DNA of 64,000 nucleotides from Prochlorococcus sp. AG-409-L21. Its GTDB lineage: Bacteria; Cyanobacteriota; Cyanobacteriia; PCC-6307; Cyanobiaceae. Within the stretch, counting starts at the first letter, position 1. Every line of letters begins with the position of its first letter. Location of the stretch: contig QCKH01000001.1 of assembly GCA_003215475.1 (NCBI GenBank), forward strand, positions 76,085 through 140,084. Reading direction: 5' to 3'. Position numbers and translations under genes: made by a program. This document shows positions 29,714 to 40,021 of the stretch, piece after piece. The notes below the pieces were generated by a model. It did not search any database, was not told the DNA's origin, and worked only from the letters and a program-made list of their open reading frames with translations.

Positions 29714-30045
29714 CCTGTCACTTTAAAGTCAAGCTTTTCATCATTAAATCCATTCTTTCAAGGGTTTATGGTGTTATTTTGTCTTTTTGAATTTTTTAGG
29801 TTGTCAATGTCATCATTTGAACTTATAAAACTTAAGTTCTTCATTGTAAGTTGAAGGAAAACTATAAAGAATCATTCAATAATGTATGAGTATTGCTTGA
29901 TATGGAAAATTTTTTATTGCATCAATAAAGTAAAAAATAGTTATAGCTATGCCTTACTTTTGGTCAATTGATTATATTTTTGATGCTAAATAGATAAAAG
30001 ACACTACCAAGAAATTATATAATTGGTGAAATATGAATTGGTTTT

Positions 30046-30432
30046 TTGAGTAATCACTCAGAAGTGTTGATTAAGCGATGGATTTTGCTTCAGCATACTC
30101 TTTCAAAAGAGTCACTTCAGGATTTGCATTTTGACTTGTTATTAGAAGACAGAGAATTTTGTAGGACCTGGCGCCTTCCTAGCATTCCATTGGTTAATGG
30201 TCCAAAGGTAGAAGCCATTCCTTTACCTCCACATAAGCTGCATTGGTTGGAGCGCAATGAATCGGCTGTTTCTGGTGATAGAGGATGGGCTAAAAGAATA
30301 TTTTCTGGGAAATTTTATGGTTCTCTACCTCAGGACAAGTATGCTTTTATATCTATAGAAATCAGTAGCAGTAATCTTTCTGGAAGATTACAATTGGGTA
30401 ATAATCTTTGCCAAATAATTGATCTGCTTTAA
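30046..30432 (+). CDS. Hypothetical protein resembling the LigD phosphoesterase (PE) domain
   Basis: LLQH...HFDLLLE...TWRL...PH pattern recalls PE-domain QKH..HYDFRLE..SW..DH. Confidence 0.65.
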   Translation: MSNHSEVLIKRWILLQHTLSKESLQDLHFDLLLEDREFCRTWRLPSIPLVNGPKVEAIPLPPHKLHWLERNESAVSGDRGWAKRIFSGKFYGSLPQDKYAFISIEISSSNLSGRLQLGNNLCQIIDLL

Positions 30433-30511
30433 TTACGATTTCATTTAAATACTTAAGACTTGAGCTTCCTTGAGGTTTCGCTAATCTTTGCATTCAAGAC
30501 CTTGAGCTCTG

Positions 30512-33500
30512 TTGGTTTACATCAATCAAGTAAACCTAACTAATTTTAAGTCCTTTGGGGGATCGATGAGTATCCCAATGGAGGAAGGATTTACTGTAGT
30601 TACTGGTCCTAATGGTTCTGGGAAAAGCAATATTCTTGATGGGGTACTTTTTTGTCTAGGCCTGGCTACTAGTAGAGGTATGCGAGCGGAACGCTTGACT
30701 GATTTAGTAAATAGTTCAGTGTTGCGCGATGGTAAATCTGCTGAAACAGTAGTAAGCGTTAAATTTGATTTGACAGATTGGCATCCTGATTCAGCAGAAG
30801 AAGGTCTTGAGATTCCTGAGGAAGGTCCATGGATTAAGTCTGATCAGAAAGAATGGTTAGTGACCAGACGATTGCGAGTAATGCCTGGAGGTTCTTATAG
30901 CTCTTCTTATAGTGCTGATGGAGAGGCATGCAATTTACAGCAACTTCAGACTCAATTAAGACGGCTAAGGATTGATCCTGAAGGTAGCAATGTTGTTATG
31001 CAAGGAGATGTAACCAGGGTAGTTTCAATGAGTAATAAAGATCGCAGAGGATTAATTGATGAGTTAGCTGGAGTTGCATTGTTCGATAATCGAATTGATC
31101 AAGCTCGTATCAAATTAGATGATGTTTTTGATCGACAAGAGCGATGTCGCATTGTCGAACAAGAGCTTCACTCTTCCAAACAAAAATTAGAGAAGGATTG
31201 TGAAAAGGCCCGTCTTTATAAGGATTTAAAAGATCAGATGCAATTAGGACGCAAACAAGAATCTGTATTGGTTTTTGAATCAGCTAGGGCAGATCACAAG
31301 AATTTAGAATTGCGCAAAAAGGATTTGATTGAAAAACAAGCTATAAATGAAGAACTTCGTTTAAAAGCTCAAAAAAAGGTAAAAGAAGCAGAGGAAATAT
31401 TAAATACTCTTCAACAAGAAGTAAAAGCTTTAGGAGAAGATAAATTAATTTCGATACAAGGTGAAATTGCTGCAATAGAAAGTCAGACTAGGGAGTTAGA
31501 TCGTCAGGCTATTCAGCATAAAAATGAGGGAGAAATATTACAAGAAAAAAGAAGAAATTTAAAAATTCAACAACAGGACTTAAAGGAAGAAAAGCTAAGG
31601 AAATCTGAGAATATATCATTAAATGAAATTCAATCTTCTGAGAAAGATTTTGAAGATGCTCAAGCTGCAGTAGAAGTATCAAGAAGAAGACTTACTGATG
31701 TTGCTGGACAATCTGGTGCTTTGGTAGAAGAATACAAAGAACGTAGTATTTTGAAAGAAAATATTCAATTAAACTTGCAACCTTTTCAAGAGGAAAAGCA
31801 AAAATTACAAGAGAGGTTAATTCAAATTGAAGAAAGGTTGAAAGATTTAAAAGTTGATCAAGAGAGGGATTTATTAGAAAATAAAAAACTAAACAATGAT
31901 TTAGAAACTCTTGATAATGAATGGAAATTATTACAGGAAATTATAGATAGTCAGCAATCTGAGATTGATCGAAATGAAGAAAAGTTATCAGTACAACAAA
32001 GAACTAGAATTCGCTTGGAAAATGATCAAACTAAGCTAGAGAAAGATATTGCTCGTCTTGAAAGTCGTCGTGAAACTTTGCATGAAAGTAGAGGTACTGG
32101 TGCTTTAAGACTTCTTTTAGAATCAGGTTTATCGGGTATTCATGGCCCTGTCGCTTATTTGGCTGAAGTAGATAAAAAGTATAAATTAGCTCTTGAAGTT
32201 GCTGCTGGATCAAGGATTGGTCATATTGTTGTTGATGATGATTTAATAGCTTCTAAAGCTATTGAGATCTTGAAAAAGCGTAAAGCAGGCAGGCTTACAT
32301 TTTTACCATTAAATAAAATTAAAAATAAAAATAAAAATTTGAATAATAGAAATACTTTTGATAGGTCTGGATTGTCAACAAACAATAATGGATTTATTGC
32401 GAAAGCCAATGAGTTAATTAATTATGAAGAGATTTATAGAGATGTTTTTAAACATGTGTTTGGGGAGACCCTTGTTTTTCAGACTTTAGATTCAGCAAGA
32501 ACTCAATTAGGTGTATTTAGATCGGTGACATTAGCGGGTGAATTAATAGAAAAGAGTGGTGCAATGACTGGAGGTAGCTTCTTAGGTAGAAGTAGTGTTT
32601 TAAGTTTTGGGAATACCAGTGAAAATGATGATATTGAACCTTTGAAAAATAGGCTTCTTGAACTTGGTGAAACTCTTTTAGTTTGTCGAAGTGAGGAGTC
32701 TAGATTAATTAATTTCCTTGATAGTTCCAAGCCTAAACTTAAGATATTGGAGAAGAAGCAGGCTTCTTTAGATGCACAGAGGACTGCATTTAAGCGTGCT
32801 AATGGTCCCCTAATAACACGTCAGGATGAGCAAAAGGAGCGTTTAGATTCACTTACTAAATCTAGCGAAGAGTATCGATCCCGCTTAGATTTGCTCGAAG
32901 AAGAAATTAAACCTTTGCTGAAAGATTTAGAGAATTTAGATAAACAAGAGAAATCCCCTAATATTAAAGATTCTGATGGAAGTATTGCACAATTACAAAA
33001 AGATCTTCAATTAGCTGAAGAAACTCTTGGCAGGGCAAAAGATCAAAGAGATATTCTTATTAATCAACAGCGTCATCAAGATTTGCTGCTAGAAAGACTT
33101 GATGTTCAAGGGAAGGCTCTTTTTGCTGAAGAAGAAAGATTACAACAGTCAATTAATTTACTTGCAAAACAACATCAAGAATGGAGAGATGAAAATAAAA
33201 CATTAAAAGTCAAACAAGACAAACTTGACACTCTCAAGAAAGATTTAGAAACAAGATTTGGAGAACAAAGAAGAGCTAGAGATTCTGCAGAACTTTCATT
33301 GTCTAGTCTTAGACAAAAATCTCAAGATTTAGAATGGAAACTTGATAAATTAAAAGATGACTTGCAATCTATAGATGAAGAACTTCGTAGTGGAAATATT
33401 CGTATTTTAGAATTAGAAAAAGCTCTTCCAAAGCCCTTACCTGAAATTTCAGAAGAAATTAGGGAAAAAGGTTTAGATTCTCTACAAAATGATTTGAATC

Positions 33501-34117
33501 TATTACAAGAAAAGATTGAATCTTTAGAACCAGTCAACATGTTAGCTCTGGATGAATTAGAAAAACTTGATATTCGTCTTAAGGATCTTGAAGAGAGGCT
33601 GGAAGTTTTGACGGAAGAACGTTCTGAATTGCTTCTTAGAGTTGAAACTGTGGCTACTCTTCGTCAAGAAGCTTTTATGGAGGCTTTTCAAGCAGTAGAT
33701 CAACATTTTCGTGAGATTTTTGCAAGCCTTTCAGATGGAGATGGTCATCTTCAATTAGAAAACTTAGAAAATCCTTTGGAGGGTGGCTTAACACTAGTTG
33801 CTCATCCAAAAGGTAAGGCTGTTAGACGTTTAGCTGCGATGTCAGGAGGAGAAAAGTCATTAACTGCTTTAAGCTTTCTTTTTGCATTACAAAGGTTTAG
33901 GCCTTCGCCCTTTTACGCATTAGATGAAGTGGATAGTTTCCTGGATGGAGTGAACGTTGAAAGATTATCTGCTTTAATTGCGAAACAGTCAGAAAATGCT
34001 CAGTTCATGGTTGTTAGTCATCGACGTCCCATGATAGGAGCTGCGACTAGAACAATTGGTGTCACACAAGCTAGAGGTGCTAATACTCAGGTAGTTGGTT
34101 TACCTTTGGCAGCTTGA
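30512..34117 (+). CDS. smc: Chromosome segregation protein SMC
   Basis: NFKSF, GPNGSGKSN, hinge GRLTFLPL and GAMTGG, MSGGEKSL, LDEVD. Confidence 0.97.
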   Translation: MVYINQVNLTNFKSFGGSMSIPMEEGFTVVTGPNGSGKSNILDGVLFCLGLATSRGMRAERLTDLVNSSVLRDGKSAETVVSVKFDLTDWHPDSAEEGLEIPEEGPWIKSDQKEWLVTRRLRVMPGGSYSSSYSADGEACNLQQLQTQLRRLRIDPEGSNVVMQGDVTRVVSMSNKDRRGLIDELAGVALFDNRIDQARIKLDDVFDRQERCRIVEQELHSSKQKLEKDCEKARLYKDLKDQMQLGRKQESVLVFESARADHKNLELRKKDLIEKQAINEELRLKAQKKVKEAEEILNTLQQEVKALGEDKLISIQGEIAAIESQTRELDRQAIQHKNEGEILQEKRRNLKIQQQDLKEEKLRKSENISLNEIQSSEKDFEDAQAAVEVSRRRLTDVAGQSGALVEEYKERSILKENIQLNLQPFQEEKQKLQERLIQIEERLKDLKVDQERDLLENKKLNNDLETLDNEWKLLQEIIDSQQSEIDRNEEKLSVQQRTRIRLENDQTKLEKDIARLESRRETLHESRGTGALRLLLESGLSGIHGPVAYLAEVDKKYKLALEVAAGSRIGHIVVDDDLIASKAIEILKKRKAGRLTFLPLNKIKNKNKNLNNRNTFDRSGLSTNNNGFIAKANELINYEEIYRDVFKHVFGETLVFQTLDSARTQLGVFRSVTLAGELIEKSGAMTGGSFLGRSSVLSFGNTSENDDIEPLKNRLLELGETLLVCRSEESRLINFLDSSKPKLKILEKKQASLDAQRTAFKRANGPLITRQDEQKERLDSLTKSSEEYRSRLDLLEEEIKPLLKDLENLDKQEKSPNIKDSDGSIAQLQKDLQLAEETLGRAKDQRDILINQQRHQDLLLERLDVQGKALFAEEERLQQSINLLAKQHQEWRDENKTLKVKQDKLDTLKKDLETRFGEQRRARDSAELSLSSLRQKSQDLEWKLDKLKDDLQSIDEELRSGNIRILELEKALPKPLPEISEEIREKGLDSLQNDLNLLQEKIESLEPVNMLALDELEKLDIRLKDLEERLEVLTEERSELLLRVETVATLRQEAFMEAFQAVDQHFREIFASLSDGDGHLQLENLENPLEGGLTLVAHPKGKAVRRLAAMSGGEKSLTALSFLFALQRFRPSPFYALDEVDSFLDGVNVERLSALIAKQSENAQFMVVSHRRPMIGAATRTIGVTQARGANTQVVGLPLAA

Positions 34118-34178
34118 TATGTATCTAGGCAGTTTATGCGTCACAATGATTTGAATAGTTCAAATATAAATCTTTAGC

Positions 34179-35234
34179 TTGACTAACACGCAATTCCCAA
34201 ACGATTTAGGTGAAATGGTGCCAAGTGAAAGACTCTGGCTTCGTTCGGAGTTAATGGGTACTCAGGTTATTACTCGAGATAGCGGTCGACGCTTAGGAGT
34301 AGTAGGAGAAGTGGTTGTGGATATTGATAGAAGAGAAATTGTTGCACTTGGTTTACGAGATAACCCTTTAACTCGATTTCTACCTGGTTTACCTAAGTGG
34401 ATGTTGCTTGACCGTATTCGTCAAGTTGGAGACGTTATTCTTGTTGATTCTATTGATTCATTAAGCGAGGAATTTACTCCAGATAGATATAGCAAAGTTA
34501 TTAATTGCCAGGTCATTACTGAATCCGGAGAACAATTAGGAAGAGTTCTTGGCTTTTCGTTTGATATTGAGACAGGAGAATTAATTAGTTTGGTTATGGG
34601 TGCAATGGGGGTTCCTCTGTTAGGAGAAGGAGTTCTTAGTACTTGGGAGATACCCGTTAATGAAATAGTTAGTAGTGGTGCTGATCGAATTATTGTTTAT
34701 GAAGGTGCTGAAGAAAAATTGAAGCAGTTAAGCAGTGGTTTGCTTGAAAAGATTGGGATTGGTAGTACCGCTTGGGATGAAAATGAAAGAGAGAGATATA
34801 AGGTAAATCTTGTTCCCGTAGAGAATCAATTAACTTCAGGTGAAGAGATCGCTCAAAGTCAAAAGACTCTTAGTGCCTCTTCAGAATCATCATTTAATGA
34901 AGAAGAACAAGAGTTAGAATATGTAGAATTAGAAGAACAAAACCAATATTCTGATAATCAATCACGATATTTAGAAGATGTTCAATCCTCCAGTTCTTCT
35001 ATTCAAGAGGATTCTTTTATTGAAGATAATAATAAATTTAAAGAAGCCGATTATTCTTCTAAAGAAATTTTAGAAAATAAATCTGATAGTAACTTAGTGA
35101 ATAGAGTTTCAAATAGAAAATCTCTTAGAAATAAAGAGGATCCTTTAGATATAGAACCAATTATAATTCAAAATTCTGACAGTCAAGAAAATGAGGATCT
35201 ATTTAAGTCTGAAGAGATAGAAGATCCATGGTGA
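34179..35234 (+). CDS. PRC-barrel domain protein with acidic tail
   Basis: Tandem PRC-like repeats (RSELMGTQVIT..G..LG; CQVITESGEQLG). Confidence 0.85.
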   Translation: MTNTQFPNDLGEMVPSERLWLRSELMGTQVITRDSGRRLGVVGEVVVDIDRREIVALGLRDNPLTRFLPGLPKWMLLDRIRQVGDVILVDSIDSLSEEFTPDRYSKVINCQVITESGEQLGRVLGFSFDIETGELISLVMGAMGVPLLGEGVLSTWEIPVNEIVSSGADRIIVYEGAEEKLKQLSSGLLEKIGIGSTAWDENERERYKVNLVPVENQLTSGEEIAQSQKTLSASSESSFNEEEQELEYVELEEQNQYSDNQSRYLEDVQSSSSSIQEDSFIEDNNKFKEADYSSKEILENKSDSNLVNRVSNRKSLRNKEDPLDIEPIIIQNSDSQENEDLFKSEEIEDPW

Positions 35235-35257
35235 ATACCCCTTTAAATAATTATTTT

Positions 35258-36559
35258 TTACTTATTTAAATATGCTTTAGGTAACATATTAATAATTTCT
35301 TTCGTCAGTAAATCTACAGCTCCAGGTTCCCCTCTTAATGCTCTTAAGTCATCTTTTTGACCTTGAAGTCTTGCTGAGGATTTCAGCCAATCATGAGCTT
35401 CTTTAGCTATCTCATAAGGTGTCACATTTCCAATTCTTTCAGGTACTATTATTTTCTTAGCTGTGATATTTGGCCAGGCCATAAATCGCCTTTTTCTAAG
35501 ACGCCATAACCCTAGTAAAAATCCTAAAAACAATTTGAAAAATGGTAATCTTGCAATAACTCCAATAAGACCATCCCAAGCTTGCATTACATTTAGATGC
35601 TGAGTTGGAAGTACAACAATCATTGGTATTCCTAAAGCCCCTAATTCTGCAGTATTAGCACCAACTGTTGTTAATGCTATATCACATTGGCTAATGAAAT
35701 TGTAGGCAGGGTAATTTTCAATTAAATGTATTTTTGTATTAGAAGTTGTCATTAGCTTTTTGCATGAGAATTCATCATTACTTGGCTCAATTTTCTTAAT
35801 TCCAGATTGATATTTGGCCGTAAGTGGATTTTTAGGACTACTGTAATATTCTATTTCTTCAATATTTGTTGTTGGTGCTATTGGTATTAAGAAGTTGTAT
35901 TCAGGAAAGATTTTTTTCATATGATCAGCTACTTCAAGAAAAAATGGAATTCCTACTAAAAGCTTTGCTTTTTTTGAGCCAGGGAATAGTGCTATCCATT
36001 TGCCTTTTGGAAGGGGAGTTTCGTCTTGAGCTTGTTCTTGGAGGTCTGCCATTAGATCACCAACTACTACACAACGTTTTTGAAACTTCTTAGGTAATAT
36101 TGTTTTTACTTCTTCAGACATTGCTGCAATTCGATCATTCCAGAAAGGCCATCTTGTAATCCATTCTGCATATGCAATATTTTTATATTTTAGTCTTGCA
36201 GCAAGAAGTACACTCCAAAATTGATCTCCACCTAAAAATATTACAATCCCTTTTGAGGGCCAAAAGAAAAATTTATCTGGGTTTATTAATAATCTCCAGA
36301 AATCTTTCGCTTGCGAAATGCATTCAAATTTGTTCCATTTCTCAGCAACTATTTTTTCATTACCAGTTGCATTTGGACATGGAACTAGAATCAATCTTAG
36401 GCTAATTAATACTGAGGATTTACTCCGTTGAGTGGAAAAATAATTTTCTAGTTTTTCAGCAAGAGGCTTGACCCAAGTAGTTAGTTCTCCAGGTCCATTC
36501 GAAACCATTACAACTACAAGATCAGGTTCTTGAGATTCAGTTTTGGTTCTTGAATTCAA
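35258..36559 (-). CDS. Lipid-A-disaccharide synthase-related glycosyltransferase
   Basis: SNGPGE, VVGDLM, LFPGSK, GANTAELGALGIP. Confidence 0.8.
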   Translation of the reverse strand: MNSRTKTESQEPDLVVVMVSNGPGELTTWVKPLAEKLENYFSTQRSKSSVLISLRLILVPCPNATGNEKIVAEKWNKFECISQAKDFWRLLINPDKFFFWPSKGIVIFLGGDQFWSVLLAARLKYKNIAYAEWITRWPFWNDRIAAMSEEVKTILPKKFQKRCVVVGDLMADLQEQAQDETPLPKGKWIALFPGSKKAKLLVGIPFFLEVADHMKKIFPEYNFLIPIAPTTNIEEIEYYSSPKNPLTAKYQSGIKKIEPSNDEFSCKKLMTTSNTKIHLIENYPAYNFISQCDIALTTVGANTAELGALGIPMIVVLPTQHLNVMQAWDGLIGVIARLPFFKLFLGFLLGLWRLRKRRFMAWPNITAKKIIVPERIGNVTPYEIAKEAHDWLKSSARLQGQKDDLRALRGEPGAVDLLTKEIINMLPKAYLNK

Positions 36560-36572
36560 GGTTCTTTAAAAA

Positions 36573-36654
36573 TGCGGATGGCGAGACTTGAACTCGCAAG
36601 GCCGAAGCCACACGCTCCTTAGACGTGCGTGTCTACCAATTCCACCACATCCGC
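36573..36654 (-). tRNA. tRNA-Leu, anticodon AAG
   Basis: GCGGATGTGGTGGAATTGGTAGACACG CACGT-CT-AAG-GA-GCGTG, long variable arm, GAGTTCAAGTCTC GCCATCCGCA; CCA not encoded. Confidence 0.95.
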
Positions 36655-36763
36655 AAATGAAACAAGTTTGATAACTACTTCAAAGATGATCATATACGGT
36701 ATACCTTTTCTAAGGATGGGTCGAAGCACTGATACGATCCTTTTATATCATTCAATATCTTGA

Positions 36764-38110
36764 GTGTCTCTAGGTAAAGTACTTATAGCGAATCGGGGCG
36801 AGATTGCCTTAAGAATCCTTCGAAGCTGTAGGGAGTTAGGCATTGCAACCGTTGCTGTTTATAGCACTACTGATCGTAATGCATTACATGTGCAACTTGC
36901 TGATGAGGCAGTATGTGTTGGGGATTCTCCTAGTAACAAGAGCTATTTAAATGTTCCGAATATACTTGCAGCGGCTACTTCAAGAGGAGTAGATGCTATC
37001 CATCCAGGCTATGGATTTTTGGCTGAGAATGATCGTTTTGCTGAGATTTGCAAAGATCATGGAATAGTTTTTGTCGGCCCTTCTCCTCATGCAATTAGAT
37101 CTATGGGGGATAAAGCGACTGCTAAGTCAACAATGCTGAAGGTAGGCGTTCCTACCGTCCCTGGAAGTCAAGGTTTATTGGCTAATTGGGAAGAAGCATC
37201 TTCATTAGCAAATGAAATGGGATACCCAGTAATGATTAAGGCGACTGCTGGAGGTGGAGGTAGAGGTATGCGCCTAGTAAATAGTTCTGAATCTATTGAA
37301 GAGTTGTTTAAGGCAGCACAAGGTGAATCAGAAGCTGCTTTTGGAAATGGTGGTTTGTATATGGAGAAATTTATTGAAAAACCTAGACATGTTGAAGTTC
37401 AGATTCTTGCAGATAGCTTGGGAAATGTTGTTCATCTAGGAGAAAGAGATTGCTCAATTCAAAGGAGACATCAGAAATTATTAGAAGAATCACCTAGCCC
37501 TGCTTTAGACAATGAGTTAAGAGTGAGAATGGGTGAAGCAGCAGTTTCAGCAGCAAAAAGTATTAATTATGAGGGTGCAGGAACAGTTGAGTTTCTTCTT
37601 GATCGATCAGGGAATTTTTATTTTATGGAAATGAATACTCGTATTCAGGTTGAGCACCCCGTTACAGAAATGGTTACTGGGATTGATTTAGTTGCTGAAC
37701 AACTTCGAATAGCTGGGGGGGAGCCGATTTCTGTAAAACAAAATGAAATTCACCTAAGAGGGCATTCCATAGAATGCAGAATTAATGCTGAGGATGCAAC
37801 ACATAATTTTCGACCTTCTCCAGGAAGGATTACAGGTTGGCTTCCTCCAGGAGGGCCTGGAGTAAGAGTAGATAGTCACGTTTACACTGGTTACGATATT
37901 CCTCCTTTTTATGATTCTTTAATAGGGAAATTAATTGTCTGGGGTAATGATCGTGAAACAGCATTAAAACGAATGAAGAGAGCATTAAACGAATGTGCTG
38001 TTACTGGTATTCCAACCACAATTGACTTTCATTTAGAATTACTTGATCGAGATGAATTTTTACAAGGGGATGTTCATACCAAATTTGTAGAGCAGGAAAT
38101 GCTTCCTTAA
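36764..38110 (+). CDS. accC: Acetyl-CoA carboxylase biotin carboxylase subunit
   Basis: [49 protein letters not shown]. Confidence 0.98.
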   Translation: MSLGKVLIANRGEIALRILRSCRELGIATVAVYSTTDRNALHVQLADEAVCVGDSPSNKSYLNVPNILAAATSRGVDAIHPGYGFLAENDRFAEICKDHGIVFVGPSPHAIRSMGDKATAKSTMLKVGVPTVPGSQGLLANWEEASSLANEMGYPVMIKATAGGGGRGMRLVNSSESIEELFKAAQGESEAAFGNGGLYMEKFIEKPRHVEVQILADSLGNVVHLGERDCSIQRRHQKLLEESPSPALDNELRVRMGEAAVSAAKSINYEGAGTVEFLLDRSGNFYFMEMNTRIQVEHPVTEMVTGIDLVAEQLRIAGGEPISVKQNEIHLRGHSIECRINAEDATHNFRPSPGRITGWLPPGGPGVRVDSHVYTGYDIPPFYDSLIGKLIVWGNDRETALKRMKRALNECAVTGIPTTIDFHLELLDRDEFLQGDVHTKFVEQEMLP

Positions 38111-38421
38111 ACAGCTTGTTGCATCAGTAGTTGTGAGATTATTCCTTGAGGACCTACTAATAATTCTCTTGCAAGGCTAATTAATCCAAACCATATCACT
38201 GGTGTGATATCTACCCCTCCAATTGGGGCAATAAATTTCCGCGTAATTGCTAAGAAAATCTCTGTAGGCAAGAAAAATAGAAGCCAAAAGCCACTTTTAA
38301 GATTGATTTGAGGATACCAGGTGAGAATGATTCTCATTAAAAATGTTAATGTCCAAGTTCCAAGAAGAAAACTTGTTAACAAATGTATTGTTGGGAGTGT
38401 TTTTACAAGGATTGGCGTCAC
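38107..38421 (-). CDS. YggT/Ycf19 family membrane protein
   Basis: [22 protein letters not shown]. Confidence 0.88.
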   Translation of the reverse strand: MTPILVKTLPTIHLLTSFLLGTWTLTFLMRIILTWYPQINLKSGFWLLFFLPTEIFLAITRKFIAPIGGVDITPVIWFGLISLARELLVGPQGIISQLLMQQAV

Positions 38422-38506
38422 AAACCTCTAAGCATCTGTACATCTATCGTATAAAGTTCCATTTAATTCGTAAGATTATTGAGCTTTTGCTTTTAAAAGT
38501 GGTTTA

Positions 38507-38683
38507 ATGGCTTTTATGTTGTCAAATCTTCTTTTCGGCGTAGCTGTCTCAAGTGAGGTTGCTACGAATTCAGCTATTGGCATGATTGGTAGTTTTCTAG
38601 CTGCCGCAGCTTTAATAGTTGTCCCAGCAGCATCTTTTTTACTCTGGGTTTCACAAAAAGATGCTCTTCAACGAGGACGTTAG
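38507..38683 (+). CDS. psbX: Photosystem II protein PsbX (not in ORF track)
   Basis: 58 aa, ...[30 protein letters not shown]; VSQKD signature; lies between yggT and ycf66. Confidence 0.88.
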   Translation: MAFMLSNLLFGVAVSSEVATNSAIGMIGSFLAAAALIVVPAASFLLWVSQKDALQRGR

Positions 38684-38768
38684 GACTAGGCAATTCCTGC
38701 TTATTTCTTAAACTAGATGTAAACGAGTTGGATTTCAATTCGTTTACTAACTTTCGTGGAGCTTTATT

Positions 38769-39740
38769 TTGGTCAATGCCAGTCTGAATTGGGCCAGCAT
38801 TGTAGGTATTGCCTTGGCCATATGTGGTGGAGGTCTTTATTTCTTGCGATCATTTAAGCCAGCTCTGGCTCGCGATTACGATGTATTCTTTGCTGCTATA
38901 GGACTTCTTTGTGGGGGAATACTTTTTTTTCAGGGATGGCGTTTAGATCCAATTTTGCAATTTGGTCAGTTTTTGCTTGCTGGAACAACCGTTTTCTTTG
39001 CATATGAAAGTGTTCGCCTTAGAGGAATTGCTACTGATCAAGCTAGACGCTCTTCATATTTTGATGATGAGTTGGAATCACCTCCTCGATCCAGTTCTGG
39101 ATTCCGCTCAAGGGAGCAAGAAGACTTTGATCAGTTTCAAACAACTGAGCCTATTCGCCGAAGGTTTGCACCCAGGGATAAGGATATTTCAGAATATGAT
39201 TCTGGGGAAGATGATTTTTATCGCTCTCGAAGAACAACAAGACCAGCTATTCCTGAAGAAGCAGCAAGTCGAAGAACTAGATCTCAGCGAGGTCCATTAA
39301 AAGATGATTCGATGAAAGCCAGAAGAATGGCTAGATTTGAAAATAATAGTGATTATGATAATCAACGAAGATCTAATTTTGGAGATAGAAGAAGTTTTCG
39401 CCAAGAAGAAAGACGAGGTAGTCGGCCTAGAGCTAATTCTCAGACTTCTAGAATTAAAAATGATGAAGGTGATAGGCGCTTAAATTTTGACCGACCTCAA
39501 AATAAATACCAATCAGCATCAAATAGATATTCATCTCCTCAAGGAACCCCAATTTCTGAAAATGTTGAGGATGCAGCATTCTCTTCACCAGGCAAGCAGA
39601 CTCGTCGGGAACGATTAACAAAACCAGAGTCTTCAGAAAGAACAAAGCCATCAGTTGATCTTAATAGTTCATCAAGAAATAGAAGATCTAATGCAACTAA
39701 TTTGCGTCCTCGAGACAATAGCTCTAGATTTGATGATTAA
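38769..39740 (+). CDS. ycf66: Ycf66 family protein with Arg/Ser-rich disordered tail
   Basis: LARDYDVFFAAIGLLCGGILFFQGWRLDPILQFGQ. Confidence 0.92.
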   Translation: MVNASLNWASIVGIALAICGGGLYFLRSFKPALARDYDVFFAAIGLLCGGILFFQGWRLDPILQFGQFLLAGTTVFFAYESVRLRGIATDQARRSSYFDDELESPPRSSSGFRSREQEDFDQFQTTEPIRRRFAPRDKDISEYDSGEDDFYRSRRTTRPAIPEEAASRRTRSQRGPLKDDSMKARRMARFENNSDYDNQRRSNFGDRRSFRQEERRGSRPRANSQTSRIKNDEGDRRLNFDRPQNKYQSASNRYSSPQGTPISENVEDAAFSSPGKQTRRERLTKPESSERTKPSVDLNSSSRNRRSNATNLRPRDNSSRFDD

Positions 39741-39763
39741 TTTAAATTCAGATAGAACTACTC

Positions 39764-40021
39764 CTAACGAACAAATCCAGCCCAATTTAGGAAACCTGTA
39801 TTAGTGAGAATTTCAATTAGCAAGATTGCGATAAAACCAATCATTGCAAAACGGCCATTGATTCTTTCTGCATAACCACTCCAACCAAAGGATGGTATGT
39901 CTGTTGTTGTTGCACTTGGTGTCATATCAACTTCATTGTCTTTTTCATTGTTTTCTTGAATGGTTTGGTTGGAAGATTCCACCTTAGATAATTGTGGATT
40001 GTTTGAGTTCATAAAATTCAA
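39764..40021 (-). CDS. hli: High-light-inducible protein (Hlip)
   Basis: AERINGRFAMIGF chlorophyll-binding motif. Confidence 0.92.
   Translation of the reverse strand: MNFMNSNNPQLSKVESSNQTIQENNEKDNEVDMTPSATTTDIPSFGWSGYAERINGRFAMIGFIAILLIEILTNTGFLNWAGFVR

Noticed and set aside
32311-32340. (AAAAAT)n tract in smc as a phase-variation site
   Set aside because: In-frame Lys/Asn low-complexity loop near the hinge; reading frame intact
36560-36654. tRNA-Leu as an island integration site
   Set aside because: A core-type gene starts 14 bp after its 3' end and I saw no duplicated tRNA 3' fragment in the window
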